A stretch of DNA of 64,000 bases from an uncultured Candidatus Micrarchaeota archaeon (lineage in GTDB: Archaea; Micrarchaeota; Micrarchaeia; Anstonellales; Bilamarchaeaceae): positions 256,001-320,000 of the forward strand of contig OY970229.1 in NCBI GenBank assembly GCA_963714085.1. Reading direction: 5' to 3'. Under the pieces are notes generated by a model. It was not told where the DNA came from, did no database searches, and saw only the letters and a list, made by a program, of their open reading frames with translations. The translations under genes were made by a program, and so were the position numbers. How positions within the stretch are numbered: position 1 is the stretch's first letter; each line of letters begins with the position of its first letter. Below are positions 8,796 through 18,130 of the stretch, in pieces.

Positions 8796-9542
8796 ATGCT
8801 CGAAGTGGACAAGGTCACGGTCAGCGCCGGAGACAGGAAAGTCATAGATTCGGTCAGCCTCAGCGTGAAGCCCGGGGAGGTGCACGCGCTCATGGGCCCG
8901 AACGGCGCTGGCAAGTCCACGCTCGCCCTCGCGCTCATGGGATACCCCGGATTGACAGTCAAGGGGAGCGTGAAGCTCGAGGGCAAGGACATCACGAAGC
9001 TCGCCACGGACGAGCGGGCGAGGAAGGGCATGTTCCTCGGTTTCCAGTACCCCCAGGAGATAGAGGGAGTGAAGGTGAGCGGCCTCATCCGGAAGGCCAA
9101 AAGCGCGGACGGGGAGAAGCAGACCATGGACGCTATGATGGCAGGCATGAAGGCGCTTGAGAAAAGCATGGAGAGGGCCGGGCTCGGCAAGGAGTTCATG
9201 CAGAGGGAGCTCAACGTCGGATTCTCCGGCGGGGAGAAGAAGCGCCTCGAGATAGTGCAGATGATGGAGCTGAAGCCGAAGATAGCCATCCTCGACGAGA
9301 TAGACTCCGGGCTGGACGTGGACGGCGTGAGGCTGGTCGCCGGCGCCATAGAAGGCATGCGGGACGGCAAGCGCGCGTTCCTTATAATAACGCATTACCC
9401 CAGGCTGTTCAAGTACCTCAAGCCGGACTACGTGCACGTGATGGTGAAGGGGAGACTGGTGAAGACCGGCGGGCCGGAGCTGCTCAAGCTCCTGGATGAA
9501 AAAGGCTATTCGGCTTTCTCTAAAGGTGCCAAGGATGTATGA
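8796..9542 (+). CDS. sufC: Fe-S cluster assembly ATPase SufC
   Basis: GPNGAGKST, FQYP.EI.GV, NVGFSGGEKKRLE, LDEIDSGLDVD, ITHY motifs. Confidence 0.95.
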   Translation: MLEVDKVTVSAGDRKVIDSVSLSVKPGEVHALMGPNGAGKSTLALALMGYPGLTVKGSVKLEGKDITKLATDERARKGMFLGFQYPQEIEGVKVSGLIRKAKSADGEKQTMDAMMAGMKALEKSMERAGLGKEFMQRELNVGFSGGEKKRLEIVQMMELKPKIAILDEIDSGLDVDGVRLVAGAIEGMRDGKRAFLIITHYPRLFKYLKPDYVHVMVKGRLVKTGGPELLKLLDEKGYSAFSKGAKDV

Positions 9543-10758
9543 TGTCGACAGGATAAGGCAGGATTTCCCCATACTCAGGGAGAAGATAGGCGGGAAGGCC
9601 CTGGTCTACCTGGACTCGGCCGCGACGTCGCAGAAGCCGAAGCAGGTCATAGACACGGTGAGCGAGTTCTATTTGAAATCCAACGCGAACGTCGCCCGGG
9701 GATTGCACCGCCTCGGCGAGGAGGCGACGAGGAGATACGAGGAGGTGCGCTTCAAGTCCAAGGACTTCATCAACGCGAGGAGCGAGAAGGAGATACTCTT
9801 CGTGAAGAACACCACGGAAGCCGCGAACATGATCATGTACGGCTGGGGCATGAAGAACGTGAAACAGGGCGACAGGATAGTCACCACCATACTGGAGCAC
9901 CACAGCAACTTCGTGCCGTGGCAGCAATTAGCCAAGATGAAGAAGGCCAAGCTCGAGGTCATAGACATCGACGCGGAAGGATACCTGAAGGAGGACGAGC
10001 TGGACAAGATAAATGGAGCGAAGCTCGTGGCGCTCAGCGCGGCGTCCAATGTTTTAGGCACCCTGCCGGATGTGAAAAGGATATGCAGACTGGCGCGGGA
10101 CGCTGGCACGGTGAGCTTCGTGGACGGAGCCCAGTCCGTACCGTCCATGAAGACGGACGTGCGCGACATGGGATGCGACTTCCTCGCGTTCTCCGGCCAC
10201 AAGATGCTCGCGCCCTTCGGCACCGGGGTGCTCTATGGCAGGGAGGAGGTCCTCCAGGCGATGGACCCGTTCCTCTACGGAAGCGAGATGATACACAAGG
10301 TCACGGTGGAGGATTCCACCTGGAACGAGCTGCCCTACAAGTTCGAGGCCGGGACCCCGATAGTCGCGGAGACCATGGGGCTAGGCACGGCGATGGATTA
10401 CATGAAGAAGCTCGGCATGGACAGCATCAAGAGGCACAAGGAGGACGTCACCTCATATGCGCTCAAGCGCCTGGGAGAGACGAAGGGAGTGAACATACTC
10501 GGGCCCAAGGACGCCACCAAGCGCGCGGGCCTGGTCGCATTCGAATTGGAGAAGGTCCATCCGCACGACGTCGCGGCCATACTGGACGACTCCGGGATCG
10601 CGATACGCTCCGGCCACCACTGCGCCATGCCGCTGCATCTGCGCCTGAACATACCGGCGAGCAGCAGGGCCAGCTTCCACGTCTACACCAAGAAGGAGGA
10701 GATAGACGCGCTCATAACCGGGCTCGAGAAGGTCAAGATGATCTTCGGTGCGCAGTGA
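9535..10758 (+). CDS. sufS: Cysteine desulfurase SufS
   Basis: YLDSAATSQKP, DGAQ, SGHKM (PLP lysine), RSGHHCA; start ATG 9535 overlaps the sufC stop. Confidence 0.95.
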   Translation: MYDVDRIRQDFPILREKIGGKALVYLDSAATSQKPKQVIDTVSEFYLKSNANVARGLHRLGEEATRRYEEVRFKSKDFINARSEKEILFVKNTTEAANMIMYGWGMKNVKQGDRIVTTILEHHSNFVPWQQLAKMKKAKLEVIDIDAEGYLKEDELDKINGAKLVALSAASNVLGTLPDVKRICRLARDAGTVSFVDGAQSVPSMKTDVRDMGCDFLAFSGHKMLAPFGTGVLYGREEVLQAMDPFLYGSEMIHKVTVEDSTWNELPYKFEAGTPIVAETMGLGTAMDYMKKLGMDSIKRHKEDVTSYALKRLGETKGVNILGPKDATKRAGLVAFELEKVHPHDVAAILDDSGIAIRSGHHCAMPLHLRLNIPASSRASFHVYTKKEEIDALITGLEKVKMIFGAQ

Positions 10759-11141
10759 TGCCAGACCAGGAGCTTTACCAGGAGTTCATCATCGAATTGT
10801 TCAAGAACCCGCTCAACTACGGAACAATAGCGGACGCGGATTACAAGGCCGAGATGTACAACACCGCATGCGGCGACCGGGTCGTGATATACCTCAAAGT
10901 GAAGGACGGGAAGATAATAGACGCCAAGCACGACGGGAACGGATGCGCGATATCCCAGGCGAGCGCCTCGCTCTTCACCGAGCACATCCGCGGCATGGGC
11001 CTGGAGCAGGTAAAAAAGCTCGGCAAGGACGACGTGCTCGGGCTGCTCAAACTCGACCTGAGCAGGAACCCGACGCGCATACGCTGCGCGCTCCTTCCGC
11101 TGGACGCGCTCAAGAGGGCGCTCAAGGCCCCGGAAAAATGA
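10758..11141 (+). CDS. sufU: SufU/IscU-family Fe-S scaffold
   Basis: TGATG coupling at 10756-10760; NTACGD, GCAISQAS, RIRCALL. Confidence 0.92.
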   Translation: MPDQELYQEFIIELFKNPLNYGTIADADYKAEMYNTACGDRVVIYLKVKDGKIIDAKHDGNGCAISQASASLFTEHIRGMGLEQVKKLGKDDVLGLLKLDLSRNPTRIRCALLPLDALKRALKAPEK

Positions 11142-11163
11142 ATCCTGCGGGAATCGTGAGCAA

Positions 11164-11997
11164 ATGACCGACATCCTGCCCGCCATCGGCTCGTTCCTCT
11201 CCTTCGGGATCAACGGCACGGCCAACAAGAATTCCATGAACAAGGTGGGGCGGCACAAGGCGATAGTGTACGGCTATGCCATAATATCCATAATCCTCCT
11301 CGCCGGCGCTTTCGTCTTCCGGCTGGACCTGTCCATCCCGCGGCAGCTGCTCCCCCTGTATCTGCTGGAGATAGTCATCGGCGCCGGGGCGGTCATCGCG
11401 TACTACAAGGCCATGGACCTGGGGCGCGCGGCCAGCACCCTCGCGCTCTCCCAGTCCTACGTGCTCCTGGTCCTGCTCGCAGGCGTGCTGCTGCTCGGCG
11501 AGAAACTGAGCCTGTTGCAGATAGCGGGCTCGCTCATCATACTGTCCTCGGCCATCGCCATCAGCGTCTCAAAAGCAGGGAGGCTGGAGGGCGGGACGAT
11601 CATCCTGCCCATCACAATCGTCGGCTGGGCCGCGTATTACTCCATCATAAAGATTTTCGTGGACGCCATGGGGCCGTACAGCGCCACGGTCGTGCTCGAA
11701 TCCGGGATATTCGTCATGGTAGCGCTGTTCTACTTCGCCAGGGGCAAGGACCTCTCGTTCCCGGACAGGAAGGGATGGCCGAGCATCGGGGTGCAGCAGG
11801 TCACCGCGTGCATCGGCGCGGTCCTCTATTCCCTTTCCGTCCTCGAGATAGGGGCAGGGCTCACGGCGGCCATCGGGTCCGGCAGCCTGATAATCAATTC
11901 CGTGGCGTCCTACTTCTGGCTCGGCGAGAAGCTCGAGACCCACACCTATATCGCGATCGTCGCCATGGTGGTGGGATTGGTGCTGATAGCGCTGTGA
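11164..11997 (+). CDS. EamA/DMT-family transporter
   Basis: About 10 TM helices in two repeats, each ending in LGEKL. Confidence 0.85.
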   Translation: MTDILPAIGSFLSFGINGTANKNSMNKVGRHKAIVYGYAIISIILLAGAFVFRLDLSIPRQLLPLYLLEIVIGAGAVIAYYKAMDLGRAASTLALSQSYVLLVLLAGVLLLGEKLSLLQIAGSLIILSSAIAISVSKAGRLEGGTIILPITIVGWAAYYSIIKIFVDAMGPYSATVVLESGIFVMVALFYFARGKDLSFPDRKGWPSIGVQQVTACIGAVLYSLSVLEIGAGLTAAIGSGSLIINSVASYFWLGEKLETHTYIAIVAMVVGLVLIAL

Positions 11998-12166
11998 ACG
12001 CGTTCCAGGTGCGGTAAGGAGACGATTATACGTGCTCATATTCTTTTAGCGCTTTAAGAACCTCATTTGCGACAAGCCCGAAAGAAGGCACTTTCATTAG
12101 GAATCGCCCCGGCTCAATTTCAATGCCGTGAAATCCAGGTCTTCAGAACGTCCAGCCTGACCAGGT

Positions 12167-12190
12167 AAAGTTAACAAAATAGTTAACTTT
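12167..12190. promoter_or_regulatory. Palindromic operator upstream of the wHTH-nucleotidyltransferase gene
   Basis: AAAGTTAAC-N6-GTTAACTTT perfect 9-bp inverted repeat next to an AT-rich TATA-like stretch. Confidence 0.5.
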
Positions 12191-12225
12191 TAATAATCTT
12201 CTATTACATATATTCTACGATACGC

Positions 12226-13137
12226 ATGATGATGTTAGAAGAAAAATACATTAAGACATACATGAAATTCAAAAAGGGCAGGTTTAATGCCATCGACTTC
12301 GCACGATTGCACGGAATTTCTTCGCAGAGCTCAAAGGTGTTGATCCACAGACTGTCAAAAAACAACCAATTTTTTAGAGCGGCTAGAGGCGAGTATGTGG
12401 CTCTTAGCCCGGAGAGTTTTCTGAAACTCGAAGAGGTGGGAAGAAAAAACAAAAAAATGCTGCAGATCGTATTGGAATTGCTAAGGATATTCCCGGAGCT
12501 GAGGACGATAGTGCTTTATGGCTCCAGAATACGGGGCCAAGCTGACAAGCTTAGCGATTACGACGTATTGCTGATCCTCAAAGAAAAAACAGTGGAAACT
12601 ACCGAGTTGAGAGAACGGATTGAAAAAAAGCTGAGAATAAAGTTGCATCTCACAGTCTACTCGGAAAGAGGGTACAGGAATGCGGTGCTCTCAGAGCCGT
12701 ATATTCGTTTTTGGCTTTCAGAAGCCACGTATCTGGATGAAGGCAAAGTTCTTCAGTCCCCCCTTCCGCCGATACCCAAGATGGCATACCAGGAATGGCT
12801 ATCCACGGCGAAGACGTATATGGAAAATGCGAAGATCGCTGATCAAACTGGAAAGAGATGCAAGTATTATTTTACTGCCTTGGAAGTCCTAGAATTCATC
12901 AGGGCTGCTTTGCAATTGAGCTATGATTTCGGGGTTGTGAAGCAAAGACTCATCGATATTCTTGGATTGAAAATGGTAAAGAAAATACGGGTGATGGGTA
13001 AGTTGAGCACAAAGGATACAAAAGTTCTTGAGCATGCGTGCAGTATCGGATTTCGGACTGTAGCAGCGCTTCTTGATAAAATGGGGGACAATGAAACGGA
13101 TGTTTATTGGAAAGCCCAGCTTTCGGTGATTTCATAA
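12226..13137 (+). CDS. wHTH plus minimal nucleotidyltransferase (MNT) protein with helical C-terminal domain
   Basis: LYGSRIRG...SDYDVL Pol-beta motif; N-terminal LIHRLSK...RAARGEY resembles an AbiEi-type wHTH; lower GC than its flanks. Confidence 0.75.
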   Translation: MMMLEEKYIKTYMKFKKGRFNAIDFARLHGISSQSSKVLIHRLSKNNQFFRAARGEYVALSPESFLKLEEVGRKNKKMLQIVLELLRIFPELRTIVLYGSRIRGQADKLSDYDVLLILKEKTVETTELRERIEKKLRIKLHLTVYSERGYRNAVLSEPYIRFWLSEATYLDEGKVLQSPLPPIPKMAYQEWLSTAKTYMENAKIADQTGKRCKYYFTALEVLEFIRAALQLSYDFGVVKQRLIDILGLKMVKKIRVMGKLSTKDTKVLEHACSIGFRTVAALLDKMGDNETDVYWKAQLSVIS

Positions 13138-13484
13138 GCAGGAAACAAGAGATACGGGAGATGGCGAACCTTGTGGGGAATGCGGCGGCTCACGTAGCGC
13201 TCCTACCAGATGAAAAGTTCGCACAGAAAGAGGCGACCACATACTCTGATGATGCTGCAGATACGGCAAGGGAAAGGACATGGACGAAAAGCGAGATAAA
13301 CGATTTCACCATCCTCGCTAAGAAAAGGGCTGAAACGGAGATTAAAACTAGGATGAAGAGGTATGGGTTTTCTGAAAGCCAGATGCCTAATTTCGTTGCA
13401 AAAGCTGAAGTGTACATATCTTCATTTATCGATAAGGATATGAGAAAAATGAGAGGGAAAGATGACAAATTCCCATTTGTCTAG
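13134..13484 (+). CDS. Hypothetical protein, possible partner of the MNT gene
   Basis: Open frame coupled to the upstream stop; start is either ATA 13134 (after GGTGA) or ATG 13161. Confidence 0.65.
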   Translation: MSRKQEIREMANLVGNAAAHVALLPDEKFAQKEATTYSDDAADTARERTWTKSEINDFTILAKKRAETEIKTRMKRYGFSESQMPNFVAKAEVYISSFIDKDMRKMRGKDDKFPFV

Positions 13485-13610
13485 CCAGTAGATAGCCAGC
13501 TATCCGATAATCGCGCGGAACCGCAAGGATGTATCGGATAGAGCAGATTTTGGCTTATCCGATACCGTGAAAAATCAGCTACGTCGCTGGCCAGTCTCTG
13601 AGCCGAGATA

Positions 13611-14321
13611 TCAGTTCCTTCTTATATCGGATACGATGCACGCCTTTGCGCCGTATTCATATTGTAGCGCAGCCACCAAGTCCCTGTAATTCATCCTGCC
13701 CGAGAGGTGGTGCGCTGCTTGGTCTACGCCGCCGATGGAGAAATCCGCTTCCGGGTCCCCGAACCCTCCATTCTTCATTTTCCGCTCTAGCATACTGGCT
13801 GGGGATTCGATGACCACCATCGCCAGCCCCGCAAGGAACTCCGGAGACACGAACGGGCTGCAGGTCCCGAATTCCATGCCCGGAGGAAGCTCTTCCTTCG
13901 TGCACATCTCGAGCATCGGGGAATCGGGCACCAGGCCGCTGAGGTCGAGCCTCCCCTTTCCCGAGGCCACGACCAGGTACCGCTTATCCGGGGAGAACGC
14001 GTCTTTCACATAAAGCGCCTTCACGGTCGTTTCCACCGGGATGCCGGCCGCCCTGGCCTTCTCCTTGCAGGTGCTGGTGGTCTCGCTCGTGAACACGATG
14101 CTTGCCGTGCCCTCCCTGACGAACCTCGCAAGGACAGGTGACGTCACAAGCCTCTTTCCCATCTGGAGATCGTGCCAGTCGGTCGAGTCCCGGGCTATGG
14201 TCCTGACGCTGGAAATGCCTTCAGTGGGGAGTTTGAATCCGGCGCCCCCGAACCTGGGCCAGTCCGAGAACCGGGACAGGTTGGCACGGGTGCTTCTGAG
14301 TGTGTATCCGTTCACAATCAT
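13611..14321 (-). CDS. YbaK/ProX-like aminoacyl-tRNA deacylase domain protein
   Basis: TVKALYV (conserved Lys), RLDL, GMEFGTCSPF (G.xxG..SP motif). Confidence 0.6.
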   Translation of the reverse strand: MIVNGYTLRSTRANLSRFSDWPRFGGAGFKLPTEGISSVRTIARDSTDWHDLQMGKRLVTSPVLARFVREGTASIVFTSETTSTCKEKARAAGIPVETTVKALYVKDAFSPDKRYLVVASGKGRLDLSGLVPDSPMLEMCTKEELPPGMEFGTCSPFVSPEFLAGLAMVVIESPASMLERKMKNGGFGDPEADFSIGGVDQAAHHLSGRMNYRDLVAALQYEYGAKACIVSDIRRN

Positions 14322-14465
14322 GATTATACTTTAACTTACATCATATTTAACCTTTTCGGAAAGCGTGGCTTTGCGCCTTCACTCAAAGCCGCCTCCGCGA
14401 TGGAGTTCTGGTGCAAAACTGCTCCACTGCCAACCTTAATAAAAGAACGAATCGGAACACCCTTT

Positions 14466-15383
14466 ATGTCAGATGAAAGGACGGCTTATATCTACCTGGC
14501 CCTGACGATCCTATTATGGTCCGCGACCCCGGCGGTGGCGAAGCTCGGCCTGGTCGAGATAAACAACATGCAGATGCTTTTCTACAACAGCATAGTGGCC
14601 ATAATCTCGCTTTCCGCCCTTGTCCTCGTCCAAAAGAAGCAGCACCTGTTTTCCGAATATTCTAAAGCCGATTACCTTAGGATGTTCGGGATGGGGTTCC
14701 TCGGCCTCTACATGTACTATATCCTGCTCTACGGGAGCTTCAGCATAGCTCCGGCAGGAGAAGCCAACATGATAAACTACCTGTGGCCGGTTTTCGTGGT
14801 ATTATTCTCCATCTTGATCCTCAAGGAGAAGGCCACGCTGAAGACGCTCATCGCCATCCTCCTCAGTTTCGCCGGGGCTATCATCATCTTCACCAAGGGC
14901 GACCTCTCGGGCTTCCAAAACGGGTATACGCCCGGATATCTCCTGGCGCTGGGCGCTGCGGTCTGCTACGGACTCTTCTCGGTGCTCGGCAAGAAGCTCA
15001 ATTACGAGAAGTTCACCAGCATGCTCGTCTTCTACGTCTCCGCCTTCATCCTCATCACCCTGACTATGTTAACATTCTCGAAATTCGTGATCCCGAAATC
15101 GCCGACTACCTGGCTCGTTATAATATTTCTAGGAGGGTTCGCGAATTCGCTCGGTTCGGTGTTCTGGTTCAAGGCGCTGGAGAAGGGCAGGACGCACAGC
15201 CTGGCGAACCTGATTTATGCCACTCCGTTCGTCGCGCTGGTGTTCGTATTCCTCCTGGACAAGGAGGTCATCCCGGTGATTTCCATAATCGGGCTGGTTC
15301 TCATAGTGGCCGGGATATTTGTGCAGCTTGTCGGAAGCAAGACCAATGACGGGCGCCCATCGCGCTCTGATTCTGTTATCTAA
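14466..15383 (+). CDS. EamA/DMT-family transporter
   Basis: About 10 TM helices, NYLWP and ILKEK motifs; likely start ATG 14466. Confidence 0.88.
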   Translation: MSDERTAYIYLALTILLWSATPAVAKLGLVEINNMQMLFYNSIVAIISLSALVLVQKKQHLFSEYSKADYLRMFGMGFLGLYMYYILLYGSFSIAPAGEANMINYLWPVFVVLFSILILKEKATLKTLIAILLSFAGAIIIFTKGDLSGFQNGYTPGYLLALGAAVCYGLFSVLGKKLNYEKFTSMLVFYVSAFILITLTMLTFSKFVIPKSPTTWLVIIFLGGFANSLGSVFWFKALEKGRTHSLANLIYATPFVALVFVFLLDKEVIPVISIIGLVLIVAGIFVQLVGSKTNDGRPSRSDSVI

Positions 15384-15431
15384 AATAGGATAACGTGTGC
15401 ATTTAAAAACCGTTTCCATCACAATAGCATC

Positions 15432-16223
15432 ATGCATGCCCGACAATTATCCAAGCCTGGCCTTGATGTCGCAAAGGCGGTGATCAGGACCGGAGGCTTC
15501 CAGGTCTTTTACCATGCCTGCGGCAGGCCGGACCTTAGCGAAGATGGCGATCCTGACAACCACATCCGGGCTCATCATCGCGTGCGGGAGCATATTGGCG
15601 CCCACAACAATATCGAGCAAGGGTGCCGCTTGGCATTCGCTGGCGGCAACATAGGCATTCCGGGATTCCCCCGCGATGTAGCAGGTTTTGGCATCCTGCT
15701 CGAACACCATTGGCGTGTGAGTTATTATGAAGAAAAGAAGAAGGGCGGCTGGACCGGCCTGTGGGGCCTGCTCGACAAGGGAAGGATACCCAAACCATAT
15801 ATGAAGAAAGAAGCCGACATACCCTTCAAGATAGGGGAGGTGCTGACGCTCGACCAGGACGGCGAAGCCGCGTTCCTGCGCATGGTGTTGAGGCTGCGGC
15901 ACGCGATCGAGCATAGCTGCGGGGGCGGCAAGGACATGCAGCCGACGTTGACGCTGGTGGGGGGCAAGCCGGTGATAAGCGCGGTGGTCCGCCACCTCAG
16001 GGCAGAGCCCGAGGATTATTACCCGATGGTGCGGGCGATCCTTCCGCCGGACAGGTTTCCAAAAATAAACAGCATAATTCTAAGCGGAATCGAGCCGGGA
16101 GACGGGCTGATGCTGGTCTCCGGCCCGAAAGTCCGGGAGCTTGTAAGGACGAACAGGCAGTATGCCGATATATACCATGACAGGGCCATGTTGGAGGCCG
16201 TATTAGAGGCAAGCAAGATCTGA
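15432..16223 (+). CDS. Hypothetical protein
   Basis: 263-aa ORF with a TTTAAA box upstream; no recognised motif. Confidence 0.6.
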   Translation: MHARQLSKPGLDVAKAVIRTGGFQVFYHACGRPDLSEDGDPDNHIRAHHRVREHIGAHNNIEQGCRLAFAGGNIGIPGFPRDVAGFGILLEHHWRVSYYEEKKKGGWTGLWGLLDKGRIPKPYMKKEADIPFKIGEVLTLDQDGEAAFLRMVLRLRHAIEHSCGGGKDMQPTLTLVGGKPVISAVVRHLRAEPEDYYPMVRAILPPDRFPKINSIILSGIEPGDGLMLVSGPKVRELVRTNRQYADIYHDRAMLEAVLEASKI

Positions 16224-16283
16224 TTTCGATATTTTCGGTGCATCTTGCTTCGTCTATCGTTTGCCATGTAACCGATCTTATCA

Positions 16284-16328
16284 TTCATCCAACGTCTGAA
16301 GACGTTGGATTTCTCGGGTCTAAGTTAT
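16284..16328 (-). mobile_element. Solo IS200/IS605 left-end remnant
   Basis: TTCATCCAACGTCTGAAGACGTTGGATTTCTCGGGTCTAAG aligns with the tnpB element left end at 8703-8763. Confidence 0.65.
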
Positions 16329-16365
16329 TTAAACTCGAAGCAGCATTATACCATAGGATGAGTTC

Positions 16366-16605
16366 ATGGCATCGGAAGAGGAGGAGAAGGACAAGAAAAA
16401 AGCCGCTCCGCGGAAATTGTTCACTGACTTGGAGCAGCGCAAGCCGGTCGTGGTGAAAATCAAGATGCCGAAGCCCAAGATAGCCAAGGACCTGAACGCG
16501 CCCAAGCCGGCCCCCGTGCCGCAGAAAATATTCCACAGCCTGGACCAGCCCGCGCCGGCAGCGAAGCCCGCCAGACGGAAACGCAAAATCTTCGAGAATC
16601 TGTGA
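16366..16605 (+). CDS. Small Lys/Pro-rich hypothetical protein
   Basis: 79-aa ORF with host-like codon usage, convergent with the PPIase gene. Confidence 0.55.
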   Translation: MASEEEEKDKKKAAPRKLFTDLEQRKPVVVKIKMPKPKIAKDLNAPKPAPVPQKIFHSLDQPAPAAKPARRKRKIFENL

Positions 16606-16630
16606 ACGCGGCTCCGCCCATGGTGGGGGC

Positions 16631-17269
16631 TCACTGCACGTAGACCTTGGTCATCCTGTCGCCCTGCCGCAGCTGGTCGACGACGTCCATGCCCTCGGTG
16701 ACGTTGCCGAACACCGCGTACTGGCCGTCCAGGAAGTGCGCCTCGCCTATGACAACGTAGAACTGCGAGGAGGCGCTGTCCGGGTCCTGGGACCTCGCCA
16801 TGCCGAGCGCCCCGATGTTGTGCGTGAGCCCGGGGGCTATCTCGAGCGGGATGGTCTTATTCGAGCCGCCGGTCCCGTCCCCTTTCGGGTCGCCTCCTTG
16901 TATCACGAAACCCGCCACGTAGCGGTGGAACGTCAGCCCGTTGTAGAACCCTGAGTTCACGAGGCCCAGGAAGTTCCCTGCCGTTATCGGCGCCTGCTTC
17001 TGGAATATCTCGGCCTTGAAAGTGCCCTTCGTAGTCTCGAAAACCACTGTCGGATTGGTAACCATGCTCATGCCTCCTGAAATGTTCTGCGCCGCGTTCG
17101 TGGCGTTGCTGCTCGCCTGCTTGCCCACTGTCGGAGTGGTCTGCATGCCTCCTGAAAAGTTCTGCGCCGCGTTGAGCGTAGCGTTGCCAGCCTGCTGCGG
17201 CTGGCTCGTGCAGCCGGAAAGCGCCAGCACTATGAATAAAGCGGCCAGAATCATCAGTTTGTTTCCCAT
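16631..17269 (-). CDS. Cyclophilin-type peptidyl-prolyl isomerase, lipoprotein
   Basis: [40 protein letters not shown]; signal peptide [20 protein letters not shown]. Confidence 0.93.
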   Translation of the reverse strand: MGNKLMILAALFIVLALSGCTSQPQQAGNATLNAAQNFSGGMQTTPTVGKQASSNATNAAQNISGGMSMVTNPTVVFETTKGTFKAEIFQKQAPITAGNFLGLVNSGFYNGLTFHRYVAGFVIQGGDPKGDGTGGSNKTIPLEIAPGLTHNIGALGMARSQDPDSASSQFYVVIGEAHFLDGQYAVFGNVTEGMDVVDQLRQGDRMTKVYVQ

Positions 17270-17323
17270 GTAACGCGCCTCTGGAATGGTTGGAACCAAA
17301 AAGTATAAATTGTTTGCGAAACG

Positions 17324-18094
17324 CTACAGCTCCGGCGCCTTCTTTATCGCGCGCACTATGTTCCTCGCGGCCTCGGCTATGTTCAGGACCCCTTTCTTCA
17401 GGTACCACTTGCGCCGCTCCGCCATGAGCTCGAGCAGGCCCTCGGGCGTCGTGCCATCGGTTATCTTGAAGTCGTACTCCTCTTCCATCCACGCCCTGAG
17501 CACCGGGCTGGCGAGTATCTTCGCAGCTATGACGTACGCGTACGCCTCCTCGTCCCCGTGCACGTTCACCGCGCCCTTTATCACCAGGGACTGCCGCTCC
17601 TCCTTCTCAGGGAACACCCCGCGGTAATCCGTTATGGTGAGTTCCTCATTCATGCGGATCCACTGGACGTCCCTGGTAGTGCCCGCGATCGGCGAGACCC
17701 GCGCAGCGTGCCTTCCCGAGAGCGAGTTTATCAGCGTGCTTTTGCCTATGTTCGGGTAGCCCAGGAGCAGCGCGCGCGCCGGGCGTTTTTTCGTCCTCGA
17801 GAGGATGGCCTCCAGCAGCGCCCTCTTGTCCTCCGGCACGGCGCTCTTGGCGCTTATCACGAACAGGCGGTCCGCGGTCTTCACCTTCGCGCCCTCCGGA
17901 AGAAGGTCCGCCTTGTTCGCGACTATGAGCAGCCGCGCGCTGCCGATCCATTTCTCGGTGAAGCGCAACCGGGTGCCCTCCACGTCGCGCGCGTCCACGA
18001 TCTCCACTATGACGTCAGCCTCGTGTATGAGCTTCCTGAGCGATGCCCACCTGTCGCGGGGACGATGGGCGCGGGCCCCCTTTGTATTGCGCAT
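17324..18094 (-). CDS. Circularly permuted GTPase, RbgA/YlqF family
   Basis: Motif order DAR, NKAD (G4), SA (G5), GYPNIGKS (G1), GTT (G2). Confidence 0.9.
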   Translation of the reverse strand: MRNTKGARAHRPRDRWASLRKLIHEADVIVEIVDARDVEGTRLRFTEKWIGSARLLIVANKADLLPEGAKVKTADRLFVISAKSAVPEDKRALLEAILSRTKKRPARALLLGYPNIGKSTLINSLSGRHAARVSPIAGTTRDVQWIRMNEELTITDYRGVFPEKEERQSLVIKGAVNVHGDEEAYAYVIAAKILASPVLRAWMEEEYDFKITDGTTPEGLLELMAERRKWYLKKGVLNIAEAARNIVRAIKKAPEL

Positions 18095-18130
18095 GGGTTG
18101 GTATTGTGCGGACGGGGTTATTAATTGACT

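Noticed and set aside
12100..12166. Weak resemblance (AATCGCCC...TCCAGGTC, AGCCTGACC) to the 53040-53101 repeat region
   Set aside because: Only short scattered matches; cannot support homology by eye.
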